Assembly (NCBI RefSeq): GCF_000315625.1
Contig: NW_005434664.1
Location: 124,001 to 188,000 of the forward strand
Origin: Guillardia theta CCMP2712
Taxonomy: Eukaryota; Protista; Cryptophyta
Direction of reading: 5' to 3'
Length of the DNA stretch: 64,000 bases
In this document: one piece after another, positions 62,201 to 64,000 of the stretch
How positions within the stretch are numbered: position 1 is the first letter of the stretch
Layout of the letters: the number at the start of each line of letters is the position of its first letter
The notes under the pieces: model-generated
The model's input: only the letters and a program-made list of their open reading frames with translations
Databases searched by the model: none
What the model was told of the DNA's origin: nothing
Made by a program: the position numbers and the translations under genes

Positions 62201-62428
62201 TGACAAGCTGATGTCTTCGCCTCCTCCCCTCAACCTCGTCTCTTCCTTGCTGCTGGACCCTTGAGTTCGCAACGGCCTGCTGATCAGCTTCCCCAACGAT
62301 GGCCTGCATTGTTTCCTATGAAAAATGTTCCTTTGAGAGATTGTGTCCAGTCTCTGCTGCTCGTTGTATATGTGTCTTATCAGCATAAGTAAGAACGCAA
62401 CGCAAAGCTGCTTTCTGGCAGAAGACAT
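55097..62428 (-). CDS. Very large TPR-repeat protein with N-terminal signal-like segment and RLRGG motif (possibly more than one gene)
   Basis: ORFs 60854-62428, 60007-60819, 56052-59711 and 55097-56146 can be joined across repeat-filled introns; many TPRs (YQQAIVLDPQH, ALQFQPRNAQALNSWG, SLALYPENDRV). Confidence 0.7.
56185..56285. repeat. (GAGCAG)n intronic microsatellite
   Basis: Directly visible. Confidence 0.9.
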
Positions 62429-63139
62429 GTTACTCCTCCAACTCAGCGTTTTTTCAGGTCTCCATTCAAAGGATCAGAGAGAGTTCTATGTCTGTCTGCA
62501 CCATAGTTCATCTCTCAGCACTCTCTCTTGCAATGTAGAGCTCATAAGACGTTGTCTTCACACGGCAGATGATATTAGTGCAATCATGTCATTTCCCGTG
62601 TCGATAAGTTTCCCACAGTCATGAATAAGTTCTTACGGCATAGCGATCAAGCTCTGTCCATCACACGCCATCAAGCATGTCTTTCCTGTGTCTTGACATG
62701 TTCTCGCAGTCTATCCCTCTCTCCAACTGCTTCTCAACGTCTCTCCCTCGTCCCCTCCCCTTCGCCATCGCTCTCGGACGCATCTCTTTTAATTTCCAGG
62801 CCTGCCCCAGGTCAATCCCGGCCCGCCCCAGCTTACAATGGCTGATGCGGGCCCAGATTCGGCATTGCATCTGGGGATGAGGGGGGATGAGGGTAAGTTG
62901 CCCTCGAAGAGGCATCGCGGAAATGCTGAGGTGAGTGGGAGTGAGATGAGAATGCGAAATGCGAGAAGAGCGAACAAGTGATGTGTCAAGGCGAAGAGAG
63001 GAGAAACAAGTATGGTTGACGGAAATATATGCGCGCTTCGTAGAGAAGATGTAGGTTGCGAAGTGAAACATTGGGCTGGCGGATGAAGGGAATCAGTACA
63101 GTCAGGATACTGCGAAAGAGGCCCTGTTGTTTTGTAGCG

Positions 63140-63602
63140 CAGGAATGAAAGGAAGAATTTGATTGTTGTCCCTCTTTTTTAATGCTAATGGCTTCAATCC
63201 GATGTTCATGAAATGTTGTCTCCACATCAAAGTTTCAAAGTGGTTGCTTGTCGAATCGATGTGCCGAAGGTTTCCTTGGTATGCGAATCTTGACATCATT
63301 GCAGATTTTCCATTCTCACACCAATCTGGGCTGGAACCAACCAGGAGTACATGATGGCACGACCATCCGAGTTCGCTGGTTTCAATTCCGACATCACGCC
63401 TCAGTACGATGATGGTACTGCCTACTACGTGGTGGATATCCCCAAGGGTAGCCCCAAGGTAAGCTTGTTGAGTTGTGCACGTAGAAGCATGATTGACGAT
63501 GGATGCAAGGTTGCCGCTCAGCCTGGCAGCAATCATGCTTTGCCTTATCCTGCTACCTATGGGCACAAGCATCAGTTCGAGCACCAGGTTGGAATCTACT
63601 AG
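63140..63602 (+). CDS. Small multi-exon hypothetical protein (3' part)
   Basis: Exon ...WAGTNQEYMMARPSEFAGFNSDITPQYDDGTAYYVVDIPKGSPK, GTAAG donor at ~63459, then VAAQPGSNHALPYPATY...stop 63602; start unknown. Confidence 0.4.
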
Positions 63603-64000
63603 GTGGATGGTGTCATTGTTAGTTTCTGTTCGTCGCGGTCTATAAATTGAACAAGTACCATTTCGTCTGGTAGCAGAAAACCCAAATGACAGCGAAATAT
63701 GCATGTTTGTACCGGGACTGATGTCAAACATTTATTTCCGGCTATTTCACACAATCGTCTGCCAATCTAACACAGCTCGTTCAAACAAGAAAAGAGTTCT
63801 GTTTAAATATCATTCTCACAGGAACAATCTGGTTTGTGAGAGTCGAATCGTTTGACCTCCCGAGATACTTGAGGGGAGACCGGTGAGTCAAAAGGGAAGT
63901 TGCCAATCCAATCCTTGCCAAGATTATCCCCATCCATGTAAGGCGAGTTGGCACAACGGGCGCATCCAGGGCCTAAGAAGCTCATGTAGTCAGGGTGAGG

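Noticed and set aside
63803-63985. Short minus-strand ORF at the window end
   Set aside because: Probably an exon of a gene starting beyond the window; too little sequence to call.

Overview
Gene-dense eukaryotic nuclear DNA with many short (~45-60 nt) GT-AG introns and longer introns filled with simple repeats. Bipartite signal+Phe plastid leaders, a type-1 rhodopsin, signal-peptide+LRGG proteins and the intron style suggest a cryptophyte alga (Guillardia-like); this is inference, not a database match. About 19 intron-containing genes were reconstructed by hand: a CorA-like membrane protein, a FAD synthase-MoCF/CinA-calmodulin-like fusion, an RRM protein, APC4, a SnoaL-like protein, a SET (LSMT-like) methyltransferase, MAPK15/ERK7, a large IQ-motif protein, a Sfi1-repeat/inositol polyphosphate kinase fusion, a beta-helix protein, a TSG101-type UEV/U-box fusion (invisible in the ORF track because of micro-exons), a TIG-repeat surface protein with a 3 x 1071 bp array, RNASEK, a lysine-less rhodopsin, a KDM4-like JmjC-2xCW demethylase, PARG and a giant TPR protein. 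The strongest leads are the UEV-U-box, Sfi1-IP3K and FADS-EF-hand fusions, the retinal-less rhodopsin, ubiquitin-like LRGG motifs after signal peptides, and six non-coding islands sharing motifs that recur about every 6-10 kb, mostly at divergent gene junctions. Exon boundaries are manual predictions.
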